This document shows positions 52,795 to 64,000 of a stretch of DNA of 64,000 nt, piece by piece. How positions within the stretch are numbered: position 1 is the stretch's first letter; each line of letters opens with the position of its first letter. A program made the translations under genes and the position numbers. A model generated the notes under the pieces. It was not told the DNA's origin. It worked only from the letters and a program-made list of their open reading frames with translations, and did not search any database. The DNA comes from Stegostoma tigrinum (Eukaryota). The DNA lies in contig NC_081357.1 in NCBI RefSeq assembly GCF_030684315.1, forward strand, positions 20,276,255-20,340,254, written 5' to 3'.

Positions 52795-53892
52795 TTTATG
52801 TTCCTGTGTCCTTTGTGTATTTGGCTGGTGTAGGTTGGGGGGAGGTCATAATATAAGCCAGTAGCTAGCACATGACTTTCGTACCCTTGCTGGTCACTCC
52901 TGGAACATATCACAGAATAGGCCGGGTGGCCAGCCATCATATTTAAATAAATAAATAAAGATCAATTGGTCCTATTTGCCAATCTGCCGACCTAAAAAGT
53001 ATGCTGCTTACACCATAATACAGCCTAATCTGGGAGTTAGCAGACAGACCATTTTTAAAATGCCAACATGAACAAAGGAAGTTGGAGTCACTTCATTTGT
53101 GGAGGGGCAGGTCTCTGTACAAGCACAGGGGCATTCCAAAAAGATGCCAAAATATCTTTCCATGATACTTGCCTGACAGAACCTAGCCCTTCTCCAGCTT
53201 ATTTCCCCACACCATGGTTACAAAAAACCCTGCTGAAACTCAAGCTACAGATTTCCACTCTGAAACCCCAAAACATGTTTTGTCAGGGCAGCCTATGTCT
53301 GCTGGAATGCCCATTACTGGGCTTTAATATACTGCCAGGTATAGTCGAATTGCCAGCCAATTAGTTTGACTGACAACAACTTTTTCCTCATTGAGGTCAT
53401 AAAGTCCAACCAACTAATAATCAATTCAGCCTGTCCACAGCACATTTTAGGTCCCACGCAGATGCACAAGGAACATATTAGCTGGCTTTCCTTTCTTGGG
53501 CTTTGGGTCAGCATCTTGCCCCTTAAAACTTCTCCCATAAAATTCAGCGAAATGTTTCCAATTCTGCTTTTAATTTCATTTGATCCATGTTTCAATCCAG
53601 TTTAGTTCACCCCAATCAAAATGCATTAAAGACTTACAATGTAAGTAGAAAATAAAAGTTTTTGTAAATCCTGTCTTTTTAGGTACTTTTATTTCAAAAA
53701 ATGACCTGTTGAATTTGTTTCTGCTTTAGAAAGTGTCACATTGAAATTGCTTAATGATAATTACAGATTTCTGTGGAGAGATAAGGTTCTGAAATTAAGA
53801 TGTTCATGTCCATGACAGAAAGAGGGTTGAAAATTGATGCTTACCAAAGATGAAGCTCCAGTGCTTGCAGGTTCATGTCGCAGGCTGAGGAA

Positions 53893-54215
53893 ATCATGGA
53901 ATCTCTACAGTGTGGAAGCAGGCCGTTTGGCCCACTGAGTCCACACCAAACCTCCAAAGAGCACACCACCTAGACCCACCCCCTACCCTATCCCTGCATT
54001 TCCATCCCAGACGTTATGGGCAATTTAGCACGGCCAATCCACCTAAAATGCACACCTTTGGGCTGTGGGATGAAACCAGAACATCCAGAGGAAACCCATG
54101 CAGACAATGGGGGGAATGTGCAAACTTTACACAGACAGTCACCCAAGGCTGGAATTGAACCTGGATCTCTGGTGCTGTGAGGCATTAATGCTAATCACTG
54201 AGCCCACGTGCTGCC
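53893..54215 (-). mobile_element. HE1-like V-SINE
   Basis: Same head, core and tail as the other copies. Confidence 0.85.
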
Positions 54216-54901
54216 AGAGGGCAACTTGTAACCAGTTGCAGATTGCTTGCTGTCATTCAAGCATTTTACAAAAGAAAATACAATGTTAGCACAATTGAGA
54301 ACACAAATGTTGATAAAGTAAAATATGAAGGAAGCTCCAGTTAGAATCAAAATGCAAACCTCATTATTTATACCAGACACAGGGGTTGTTGCTCCATCAC
54401 TCAGAATTTCTGTAAATCTCTATACTTCTGAAACACAGTGCAATTTATTTTACAATTGTTAACATTTTCTGTTAACAAGATCCGACTGCAAAGAAAAATG
54501 TTAGCTTCTGAGTGATTACAAATCACCCACAGTAACCATGGAAGTGAAAATCTCCACTTGTTTATTATATCAGAGATTACAGTTATGCTCTCTGAGGTCT
54601 TTTAGAGAAAAAAAAATCTGCCCTTTTATCATCCTATAGCTATTCCACCCATTGAACCTGCTCCATTATTCAATACAATTAAGGCTGACCCTGAGGCCTG
54701 GATAGAGTGGACATGGAGAAGATGTTTCCACTCATGGGAGAGATTACGACCTCCAGGCATGGACTCAGAGGGAAGGAATGACCCTTTAAGATTGAGATGA
54801 GGTGGAATTTCTTCAGCCAGAAGGTGGTGAATCTGTGGAACTTATTGCTGCTGAAGGCTGTGGAGGCCAAGTCATTGAATGCATTTAAGACTGAGATGGA
54901 T

Positions 54902-55095
54902 TGTAATGAGGTCAGCCAGGTGGACCTCATAGAATATGTGTTTCCTGTTTGATGATGTTAATCTGGTCCAATCAGGGAGCCTTGGCTGACAGATGAGAAC
55001 AGGAATGCCAGACATCCTGTTTAATCTGAGAGTTAAATCCTGGTATTCCTTTCAAGTCACAGTTCTGAGAGAAGTAAAGGTTTTATCCATGTAAA
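54902..55095 (+). mobile_element. Partial solo LTR (Gypsy-like)
   Basis: Starts TGT (tgtaatgaggtcagccagg), with a CCAAT box (ggtccaatcaggg) and degenerate TATA and poly(A) segments; resembles a recalled shark LTR. Confidence 0.45.
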
Positions 55096-55109
55096 GAAGA
55101 GGTGACATT

Positions 55110-55620
55110 TTAGGTCAGTCAATGCATGTTACCTGTGAGACCTTGTTTAGAATCTGTGTTTTAGTTTGGAGTCAGACTGGTTGCATTTTTAAAGTAGGAA
55201 TTTATAAAATGCCATATTGACTTTCTATCTATAAATGACATGCTTTTTGAACAAAATAAAATATATCTGCAAATACAAATTCACCCCATACATTCATATG
55301 TGTATTTTCTCGGTTCTCTCAGGACAGTGACTTGAGAGGAATTCAGGAATTTACATAGACATATTAATCAATTAAAGCTGTCTAACTGACTAAAGATTTA
55401 ACAGGATCTTAAGTTTGTTTAGTACATCGTCATCAATGGTGTGAACCTTTGATCATTTACTTATAAATTCTATATCTGATAGCACCCCTCTCACTAACAC
55501 CTGAAGAAAGCGTGAGGCTCCAAAAGCTTGTGTTGTCAAATAAACCTGTTGAACTATAACCTGGTGTCGTGTGATTTCTGACCTTGGCCATTCTAGTCCA
55601 ACACCAGCACCTCCACACCG
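55110..55620 (+). mobile_element. 3' terminal repeat region of a different Penelope-like family with a degenerate hammerhead core
   Basis: aacac-ctgaagaa...caaaagctt-gtgtt followed by aaataaacctgttgaactataacctggtgtcgtgtgatttctgacc; a related fragment lies at 6377-6445. Confidence 0.6.
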
Positions 55621-55656
55621 GAACTATTTCAAGACAGATTCCTGCTTAATAAGGTG

Positions 55657-55981
55657 ATCTACAGTGTGAGATCAGGCCATTTGGCCCATCAAGTCCACAG
55701 CAACTCTTTGGAGACCATCCCACTCAGTTCTGACTCTACCGTACCCTTGTAACCTTGCATTTCCATGGCTAATCCACCTTGCATGCACATTCCTGGACAC
55801 TATGGCAATTTAGCACGGCTTACCTACACATCTTTGGACTGTGGGAGAAAACTGGAGCACACAGACGAAACACACGCAGAGCGTGCAACTCCACGACTGT
55901 GTGACAGCTGCCCAAGGGTGGAATTGAACACAGGTCCCCAAAACTGCGAGGTGGCAATATTAACCACTGAGCCACCATGCT
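55657..55981 (-). mobile_element. HE1-like V-SINE, diverged
   Basis: Same core, immediately left of the young CR1. Confidence 0.8.
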
Positions 55982-56075
55982 TCTCCTCGATATCTTTGCT
56001 ATCTAAAAAGCTGTTTATTTATGACCTACCAGAGGAAGCCATAGTAGTCAGTTCTCTGGCACTGAGCCTGACACT

Positions 56076-56615
56076 GTGGCAAAGAAGGGAAGGGGGCAGA
56101 ATAGAAAAGTACTCGTGGTAGGGGACTCGATAGTTAGGGGAATCGACAGGAGATTTTGTGGTCAGGATCGAGATTCCCAGAAGGTATGTTGCCTCCCTGG
56201 TGCCAGGGTCCGGGACGTCTCCGATCGGGTGTATAAAGTTCTAAAAGGGGAGGGCAAACAGCCAGAAATCGTGTTACATATTGGCACTAATGATATAGCC
56301 AGAAATAGGATTGAGGATATAAAAAGTGATTACAGGGAGTTAGGATGGAAGCTGCAAAGCAGGACGAACAGAGTAGTGTTCTCTAGTTTACTACCAGTGC
56401 CACGAGATAGCGAGGCGAGGAACAGGGAGCGGGCGCAGCTTAACACATGGCTACGCAGCTGGTGTAGAAGGGAGGGCTTCAGATATGTAGATAATTGGAA
56501 TGCCTTCTGGGGAAGGTGGGACCTGTACAAGAAGGACGGGTTGCATCTGAACTGGAAGGGGACCAATATCCTGGGTGGAAGGTTTGCTCGAGTAGTTCGA
56601 GAGGGTTTAAACTAG
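56076..56615 (+). CDS. CR1 ORF1 C-terminal SGNH/GDSL esterase domain (5'-truncated)
   Basis: All four SGNH blocks present: VVGDSIVRG, PGA, HIGTND, DGLHLN; ends GLN*. An esterase domain in ORF1 is known for CR1-group LINEs. Confidence 0.88.
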   Translation: MAKKGRGQNRKVLVVGDSIVRGIDRRFCGQDRDSQKVCCLPGARVRDVSDRVYKVLKGEGKQPEIVLHIGTNDIARNRIEDIKSDYRELGWKLQSRTNRVVFSSLLPVPRDSEARNRERAQLNTWLRSWCRREGFRYVDNWNAFWGRWDLYKKDGLHLNWKGTNILGGRFARVVREGLN

Positions 56616-59503
56616 TATGGCAGGGGGGTGGGAACCTGAGCTGTATACCAGAGGTGAGAGTTGATGCAGGTGAGGCAGTAGCAAGAGGTAGACCAGCTAG
56701 TGGGAAGGACTTTCCTGGGAAGGAACCAAGGGATCAGTTAAAGTGTGTTTGCTTTAACGCAAGGAGTATCAGGAATAAAAATGATGAACTTAGAGCATGG
56801 ATCAGTACCTGGTGCAATGATGTTGTGGCCATAACAGAGACATGGGTTTCTCAGGGGCAGAAATGGTTGCTGGATGTTCCAGGGTTTAGAACATTTAAAA
56901 AGAATAGGGAGGGGGGAAAAAGAGGAGGGGGTGTAGCACTACTAATCAAAGAGGGTATCACAGCTACAGAAGCTTCCTTTGTCGAGGAAGATCTGCCTAC
57001 TGAGTCAGTATGGGTGGAAATTAGGAACAGCAAGGGAGCAGTCACCTCGTTAGGGGTTTACTACAGGCCCCCCAATAGCAGCAGGGAGATTGAAGAAAGC
57101 ATAGGTCAGCAGATTTTGGAAAAGTGTGGACGTAGTAGGGTTGTTGTAATGGGTGACTTTAACTTTCCTAATATTGATTGGAACCTTCTTCGAGCAGAAG
57201 ATTTGAATGGAGCTGTTTTTGTAAGGTGTGTTCAGGAGGGTTTCCTCACTCAGTACTTTGACAGGCCGACGAGGGGAGAGGCCATTCTAGACTTGGTGCT
57301 CGGAAACGAGCCGGGGCAGGTATCAGATCTTGTGGTGGGAGAGCATTTTGGTGATAATGACCATAACTGCCTCACATTCTACATAGCTATGGAGAAGGAG
57401 AGGATTAGGCAAAATGGGAGGATATTTAATTGGGGAAGAGGAAACTATGACCCGATTAGACATGAGTTAGGAAGCATGGACTGGGAGCAATTGTTCCATG
57501 GTAAGGGCACTATAGACATGTGGAGACTGTTTAAGGAACAGTTGTTGCGAGTGATGAGTAAATGTGTCCCTCTGAGACAGGCAAGAAGGGGTAAGATAAA
57601 GGAACCTTGGATGATGAGAGCGGTGGAGCTTCTTGTGAAAAGGAAGAAGGTAGCTTACATAAGGTGGAGGAAACTAGGGTCAAGCTCAGCTAGACAGGAT
57701 TACACGCAGGCAAGGAAGGAGCTCAAAAATGGTCTGAGGAGAGCCAGGAGGGGGCACGAGAAAGGCTTGGCAGAACGAATTAGTGAAAAGACAAAGGCAT
57801 TTTACACTTATGTAAGGAATAAGAGAATGGTCAAAGAAAGAGTAGGGCCGATCAGGGATAGCATAGGGAACTTGTGTGTGGAGTCTGAGGAGGTAGGGGA
57901 AGCCCTAAATGAGTTTTTTGCTTCTGTCTTTACGAAAGAAACGAACTTTGTAGTGAATGAAACCTCTGAAGAGCAGGTGTGCATGCTGGAATGGATAGAG
58001 ATAGAGGAAGCTGATGTGCTGAAAATTTTGTCAAACATTAAGATTGACAAGTCGCCAGGCCCGGACCAGATTTGTCCTCGGCTGCTTTGGGAAGCGAGAA
58101 ATGCAATTGCTTCGCCACTTGCGAGGATCTTTGCATCCTCGCTCTCCACTGGAGTCGTACCTGAGGACTGGAGAGAGGCAAATGTAATTCTTCTCTTCAA
58201 GAAAGGAAAGAGGGAAATCCCCAGCAATTACAGACCAGTAAGTCTCACGTCTGTCGTCTGCAAGGTGTTAGAAAGGATTCTGAGGGATAGGATTTATGAC
58301 CATCTGGAAGAGCATGGCTTGATCAAATGCAGTCAACATGGCTTTGTGAGGGGCAGGTCATGCCTCACAAACCTTATCGAGTTCTTTGAGGATGTGACTA
58401 GAAAAGTTGATGAGGGTCGAGCTGTGGATGTGGTGTACATGGACTTCAGTAAGGCATTTGATAAGGTTCCCCATGGTAGGCTCATTCAGAAGGTCAGGAG
58501 GAATGGGATACAGGGGAATTTAGCTGTCTGGATACAGAATTGGCAGGTCAACAGAAGACAGCGAGTGGCAGTAGAAGGATAATATTCTGCCTGGAAGTCA
58601 GTGGTGAGTGGTGTTCCACAGGTCTCTGTCCTTGGGCCTCTACTGTTTGTAATTTTTATTAATGACTTGGATGAGGGGATTGAAGGATGGGTCAGCAAGT
58701 TTGCAGATGACACAAAGGCTGGAGGTGTCATTGACAGTGTAGAGGGCTGTTGTAGGCTGCAGCGGGGCATTGACAGGATGCAGAGATGGGCTGAGAGGTG
58801 GCAGATGGAGTTCAACCTGGATAAATGCGAGGTGGTGCCTTTTGGAAGGTCGAATTTGAAAGCTGAGTACAGGATTAAGGATAGGATTCTTGGCAGTGTG
58901 GAGGAACAGAGGGATCTTGGTGTGCAGATACATAGATCCCTTAAAATGGCCACCCAAGTGGACAGGGTTGTTAAGAAAGCATATGGTGTTTTGGCTTTCA
59001 TTAACGGGGGGATTGAGTTTAAGAGTCGTGAGATCTTGTTGCAGCTCTATAAAACTTTGGTTAGACCGCACTTGGAATACTGCATCCAGTTCTGGTCACC
59101 CTATTATAGGAAAGATGTGGGTGCTTTGGAGAGGGTTCAGAGGAGGGTTACCAGGATGCTGCCTGGGCTGGAGGGCTTATCTTATGAGGAGAGGTTGACT
59201 GAGCTCGGACTTTTTTCATTTGAGAAAAGGAGGAGGAGAGGGGACCTAATTGAGGTATAAAAGATAATGAGAGGCATAGATAGAGTTGATAGCCAGAGAC
59301 TATTTCCCAGGGCAGAAATGGCTAACACGAGGGGTCATAGTTTTAAGCTGGTTGGAGGAAAGTATAGAGGGGATGTCAGAGGCGGGTTCTTTACACAGAG
59401 AGTTGTGAGAGCATGGAATGCGTTGCCAGCAGCAGTTGTGGAAGCAAGGTCATTGGGGTCATTTAAGAGACTGCTGGACATGCATATGGTCACAGAAATT
59501 TGA
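56606..59503 (+). pseudogene. CR1 ORF2 (APE endonuclease + reverse transcriptase) with two premature stops
   Basis: APE motifs NARS, AITETW, YRPP, MGDFN, LDLVL, DH; RT motifs NYRPVSL, QHGF, DFSKAFD, GVPQ(V)SVLGP, FADD. In-frame TAA at 58580-58582 and 59258-59260; the three ORF-track segments share one frame. Confidence 0.92.
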
Positions 59504-59591
59504 GGGTGCACACATGAGGATCAATGGTCGGCACAACATCGTGGGCTGAAGGGCCTGTTCTGTGCTGTACTGTTCTATGTTCTATGTTCTA

Positions 59592-59950
59592 CATCCATTG
59601 ATTTGACCTTCACAGCATTGAAATGCAGAAGGGCAGTGGTTCACTACCCTCTGAATGAAGAAATCCCTCCTCATCTCAGTCCTGCTGTGTCTACCCCATA
59701 TCCTAAGATCGTGGTCTCATGATTTAGATGCCCCAGCCAGAGGAAGCATCATCTCTACAACCAGAGTGTCCAACCATGCCTGAATTCTATGGTTCAATGT
59801 GATCCCCTCTCATTCTCCTAAACTGTGGGGTGAATACAGAGGTAGTCAACATGAAGTCTCCTCGTAGGACAATCCTATCATTCCGAGGATCAATCTGGTG
59901 AACTTTCACTGCATTGCCTCTACGACAAGTATATACTTACTCAGGTGAGT
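59592..59950 (-). mobile_element. Older antisense CR1 fragment, likely host of the young CR1 insertion
   Basis: ttcactaccctctgaatgaagaaatccctcctcatctcagtc is the reverse complement of a CR1 ORF2 end; it appears to continue at 55982-56020 on the other side of the young LINE. Confidence 0.65.
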
Positions 59951-62900
59951 GGATATAATCTCCATTTTAATTAATTTAAAATTCTTGAATTGCGAAACCT
60001 CCTTGAATTGTTCATACTCCCTGTCCTCAAAACTTGATTCCCTTTTGTGTATTTTTGCCACTTTTTTGTTAGATTTATAAAGAATTCAGCTCAAGTTAAA
60101 TAGTCACTTTAGTTATACAGTCTAGCCCATTGAATTCCCAAATAAAAAGCTTTGTAAGTTTTTTTTTTACAACTGTTATTTTCAATGAAATGTGTATATT
60201 GAGTCTATTTTATTTACTCATTCTGCAATAACAGTATCGAATGAATTACCTGTGTTTCTTCCAATGCCTTCGTTGAGGATATCATTGACAGAATAACAGC
60301 ATCTCCAGAAGCTGTTGAGCTTGTCACCATTTCTGCCAAATCCTGTTCATGGGTCAAGTCTACCTTCACAGATCAACAAGGTGCGTGTGGATACTACTGG
60401 CAGAGACAGCAGAATGGGAAAGATTTCATGAATAGTTGAGCTTTCTGGTAAACTCTGGTGGGTTTTAAATCTTGCCCTTTGATTTGGATGGAACTTGTCC
60501 TTCATTGAAGAAATCTGGCCATCCGAGTTTCTCCTCAGCCGGAGATTTTTTAATCTTGTAGAAACCAATCCATGTTACGAAAACATGGAAGATGAGCCTG
60601 AAGAAGGGTTAGGGCTGGGTTTTAGCTGTCCATGCACGTTGGTGGGCTTGGTTTAGGTGGAGGGGGTGGGGGCAAGTTAGTATATAAAATATGTTGGGTG
60701 TCCATCCTACCACCTTTCTGATCTGTTACCCCACTTCACCTATTCTGGGGGTGCCCCACTGGCCACCCATCCTTAGAGTGCATTAAGGCCCTTAATTAGA
60801 AATAACAGTCTGAAACTGTCTCCACTGCATTAAAATGTTAGCATAGAGTCATACAGATGGAAACAAACCATTTGGTCCAACCAGTTCTTGTCGAAAATAA
60901 TCCCAAACTAAATTAGTCCCAACTGCCTGCTCCTGCCTCATCTCACCTGAAACCTTTCCTATTCATGTACTTTCCCAAGTGTCTTTTAATTGTTGTAATT
61001 GCACCCAAATCCATACTTAATTTATCTTTTAAATGAGCAATATGGATGATTAGGTGGTGGTAAATAAACCAAAGGTGTATGAGGGTATTTATGAATGCAG
61101 GAAAAGCTAAATGCAAACCTGAAACATTGACATCAGAGCTCCATGCTGTGTTATATGTGAAACATTGACATGGCAGGTGTACTAGAGCACAAAGCTGTTT
61201 TGGAAAAGGAAGGTGAGGGGCTCATCATTAAGGGATGGTGCTGCGCCCATTGGGAGATGTCTTCCCTCTTGTTCCTCCTGGATTGCAGTATAAAACCCTG
61301 GAACTGCTCCATTCTCTTCTCCCAGGCTCTCCAATCCCCTCGTCCCTGAAAGGACTGGCATTCAGCGGTACCTGGCTGCTATTGCCCTTCTTCCTGCACC
61401 TCCCTAAGCTGTGTCCATCTCTGAGGTCTGGTGGCATTGAGTGGCCAGCAGCTCTCTCTCTACAGTGTGGACTTCATCTCTACTAAGGCCTGACTAGCCC
61501 ACCCCTGGCGTGTTACTGCTGTGCAGCAGGTTGCTTTTTAAAAATCTGTCTACTCGGGAAGGTCGTATATTATAACCTCCTGTTAGTCAAATCACGTTAC
61601 TCGATGCAATTAGCTTCAGACATGATTATACTTTTGTAACTTCATCAATTTTATGACAGATTCGAAGCTGCTGAGTATAAGTTGCTGCTTTGCTGCAAGA
61701 GAATACCTTATTACGTTTCATGCTGTTGGGTAATCTTAACAGGACTCTGTGGTTAGTTCTGTCCTGGTAACTATGCCAACTATGCACTTCACTAAATTTC
61801 CACTCCCTTTCTACCATGCTTCCCCGCCGTTGTGTAATGGTCTGTTGTGATTCACTTTCAATCCTGAGAGGCTGATTTTGCTGCTTTGGCATCTGAAGGC
61901 ACCACTTTGCTGAACAAGCAGCTCTGGTATGGGCTTTAGGAAATAAGCCTCCTGTGGTGTGTGTTGCAATAACAGCCATGATCACTTTATAGATGCCATC
62001 ATCCCTTTGCCTTGTGCAGGTCTAAGGACCTTTCTTGGTTTACCATGGTAGAGAAAAATCATTTGTGAGTTTTTTCAAGAAGCTGCTTATGTCTTGATTG
62101 AGATGGAGCTAGCGTTCGGCATGAAAGCAGTTCAGACCCTTTGAAGAGGCCTGTTCTCTTCATTATCTTCCAATATTTCATCTTTTCGCTGTCCATCCCC
62201 ATGATAGCTTTGGACTTGACCGAGTTGAATGTAATCTCTAACAACTGTCCCTTTTGGGACCATTACCTTGTACAATAATTAAATTACTTTGCACCAAAAC
62301 ACCTTTCTTTGTTCGGAAATGTTTCTAGTGTTGCGAGTCTGCCTATTTGATCAGCTGCCTAAAAATTCTTTTACTTAGAACTATATTATCACTTTCCCGT
62401 GATGAAAAATTAAATTCTCTCAGTATCACTGTGCATTCAGTGACCTTAAGATAGAAAACAATTGAATACAAAAACAAAAGTTTGCAGTGTTACACTAGTG
62501 AAATGCATCAATTCGAACAGTAACCTTGTTTAATTCTTTCTATCCTGGTTTATTTCATTCAATCTCATAGAATTGTTACAGGGCAGGAGCAAGCTATTCG
62601 ACCCATTGTGTTTGCACTGACTCTTTGAGCATTTTGACTTGAGCATCTCTCAATGTCTTGCCTTTTCCCTGTAACCCTGCTCTTGCTTCTGTCTAAATAA
62701 GCATCCAATTTAAATTGTCACCCAACTGAATTACATCAGTCCTGCTTAGGCCACTGTTTTCGCCAATAAAATATTGGGAAGGCTGGGGCAATTGGCTTTA
62801 GCTTCTGTCATAAACACTATACCCTCACTGCTGATTTCATTCTCATGTTTCATTGAACAGGACAACATCAGACCAGCTGAACTGAACTGTTGACACCTCC

Positions 62901-63687
62901 TCAATCTTCTCCATCACAATGTCTGCCTGTCTGTACCTCAGGAACATTGCCTTTTCCATCTCTGCCCTCACTTCATTTGCTGAAACTCTCACCTCTCAAA
63001 CAGACTATTTCAATGCTCTCACAGCCCAGCCTCCATGAAGCTCTCCTTCCTGTATTTTATCTCAAGTCAAGTCCTGCTCACACATTACCCATTTACATTG
63101 ACCTACATTGTCTCCCAGTTCCCAATTACCACATTTAAAGTTCTCACTTCCATATTTAAGTCATTTCATAGTCTCAGCCTGCTTTATACTCAATACTCCC
63201 CTATCTCTTCTTAAAATCTCTTTGACCAAACTTTTTGAACATTTCTGATTATTTTCTTTTTCTCTGGACCCATAAGCCCTCTGATTCATCCCAAGAACTT
63301 TTTCTCTTTTAGAGGTGCAGTGAAATTGCAAACTGGTGTTGTTGGCTGCTTGGTTAGCAGTCCTGCATGCAGAATACATTGGCATCCAGTTTCTGAGCAG
63401 ATTACATGTAAAATTCTTATCTCCATATTTAATCCCTTCATGTAGTCCTCCTCCCACCCTGTGGAAAATCCTCCAGTCCAACAGATGATTCCAGCAATCC
63501 TAAGAACTTTGCAGCCCTGAATTCTCTTGCATTCTCTTACGTTTTTGCCTCACTGTTACAGCCTTGTCTTCAGCTCTATCACTTAGCATTGGAATTCCCT
63601 TCCTAAACCTCTCTAACTCTCCTCTTCCTTTACGATCATCATGAAAAGAATACCTCTTTATCAAGCCTGTGGTCACACAATCAAATG

Positions 63688-64000
63688 GGGGAGATGACAG
63701 CTAAGTGGTATTATTGCTGGACAGTTAACCCAGAGACTTAGATACTGTTCTGGGGACCTGGGCTTGAATCCCACCATGGCAGATTGTGGAATTTGCATTC
63801 AATAAATATCTGGAATTAAGAGTCTAATGGTCATCATGAATCCATTGCCGATTGTTGGGAAAACCCATGTGGTTCACTAATGTCCTTTAAAGAAGGAAAC
63901 TGCCATCCTTATCTGTTTTGAACTACATGTGACTCCAGTGGTTGACTCTTAACTGCCCTCTGGGCAATAAATGCTGCCGAGTCAGTGATGCCCACATCCC
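63688..64000 (+). mobile_element. tRNA-derived SINE family 2 (tail gggcaataaatgctg...catccc), near full length
   Basis: A/B-box-like head (gctaagtggtatt...gggcttgaatccc) and a body shared with copies at 2195, 12446, 18355, 32825, 33370, 34070 and 38795. Confidence 0.8.

Larger units (their letters stand above)
56021..59591 (+). mobile_element. Young, 5'-truncated, near-full-length CR1-clade LINE with (TTCTATG)n tail
   Basis: ORF1 esterase, ORF2 APE+RT, short 3' UTR and tail tgttctatgttctatgttcta; ORF2 has no frameshifts and only two in-frame stops. Confidence 0.95.

Noticed and set aside
57808-59071. Long antisense ORFs over the CR1 ORF2
   Set aside because: These are shadow ORFs typical of the antisense strand of LINE coding sequence.
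62020-62064. Possible 45-nt plus-strand exon (ttgtgcag|G TCT AAG...CAT TT|gtgagt)
   Set aside because: The splice sites look good, but the peptide SKDLSWFTMVEKNH is unrecognised and has no partner exons; it cannot be supported without RNA data.
63688-63780. tRNA-like A/B boxes at SINE heads
   Set aside because: They run directly into SINE bodies and give no convincing cloverleaf, so they are not tRNA genes.
59950-64000. Expected downstream neighbour TMEM87B (human synteny)
   Set aside because: No recognisable TMEM87 exon or CpG-island promoter was found.

Overview
Eukaryotic (vertebrate) genomic DNA; the repeats (HE1-type V-SINEs, CR1-clade LINEs, Penelope-like elements, Deu-domain SINE) point to an elasmobranch, probably a shark. 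The + strand carries the 3' part of a MERTK (TAM-family receptor tyrosine kinase) gene. Eleven GT-AG coding exons (13274-48817, equivalent to human exons 9-19) splice into one open frame of 1677 nt (558 aa + stop), covering the end of the second FN3 domain, the TM helix, the kinase domain and the C-tail. No upstream exons were recognised in 1-13273. The rest is intron or intergenic DNA dense in retroelements, including a young, nearly full-length CR1 LINE (56021-59591; SGNH-esterase ORF1 and APE-RT ORF2). The most notable observations are: (1) a U_UUA_AAC slippery heptamer at the CR1 ORF1 stop that leads by -1 shift into an ATG-less ORF2; (2) several short Penelope-derived insertions with fold-back hairpins, 10-15 bp target-site duplications (TSDs) and hammerhead-like cores; (3) a possible intronic poly(A) route to soluble MERTK; (4) several very old Academ-like and Harbinger-like transposase fossils. 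Repeat family names and human comparisons are from recall, not from database searches.
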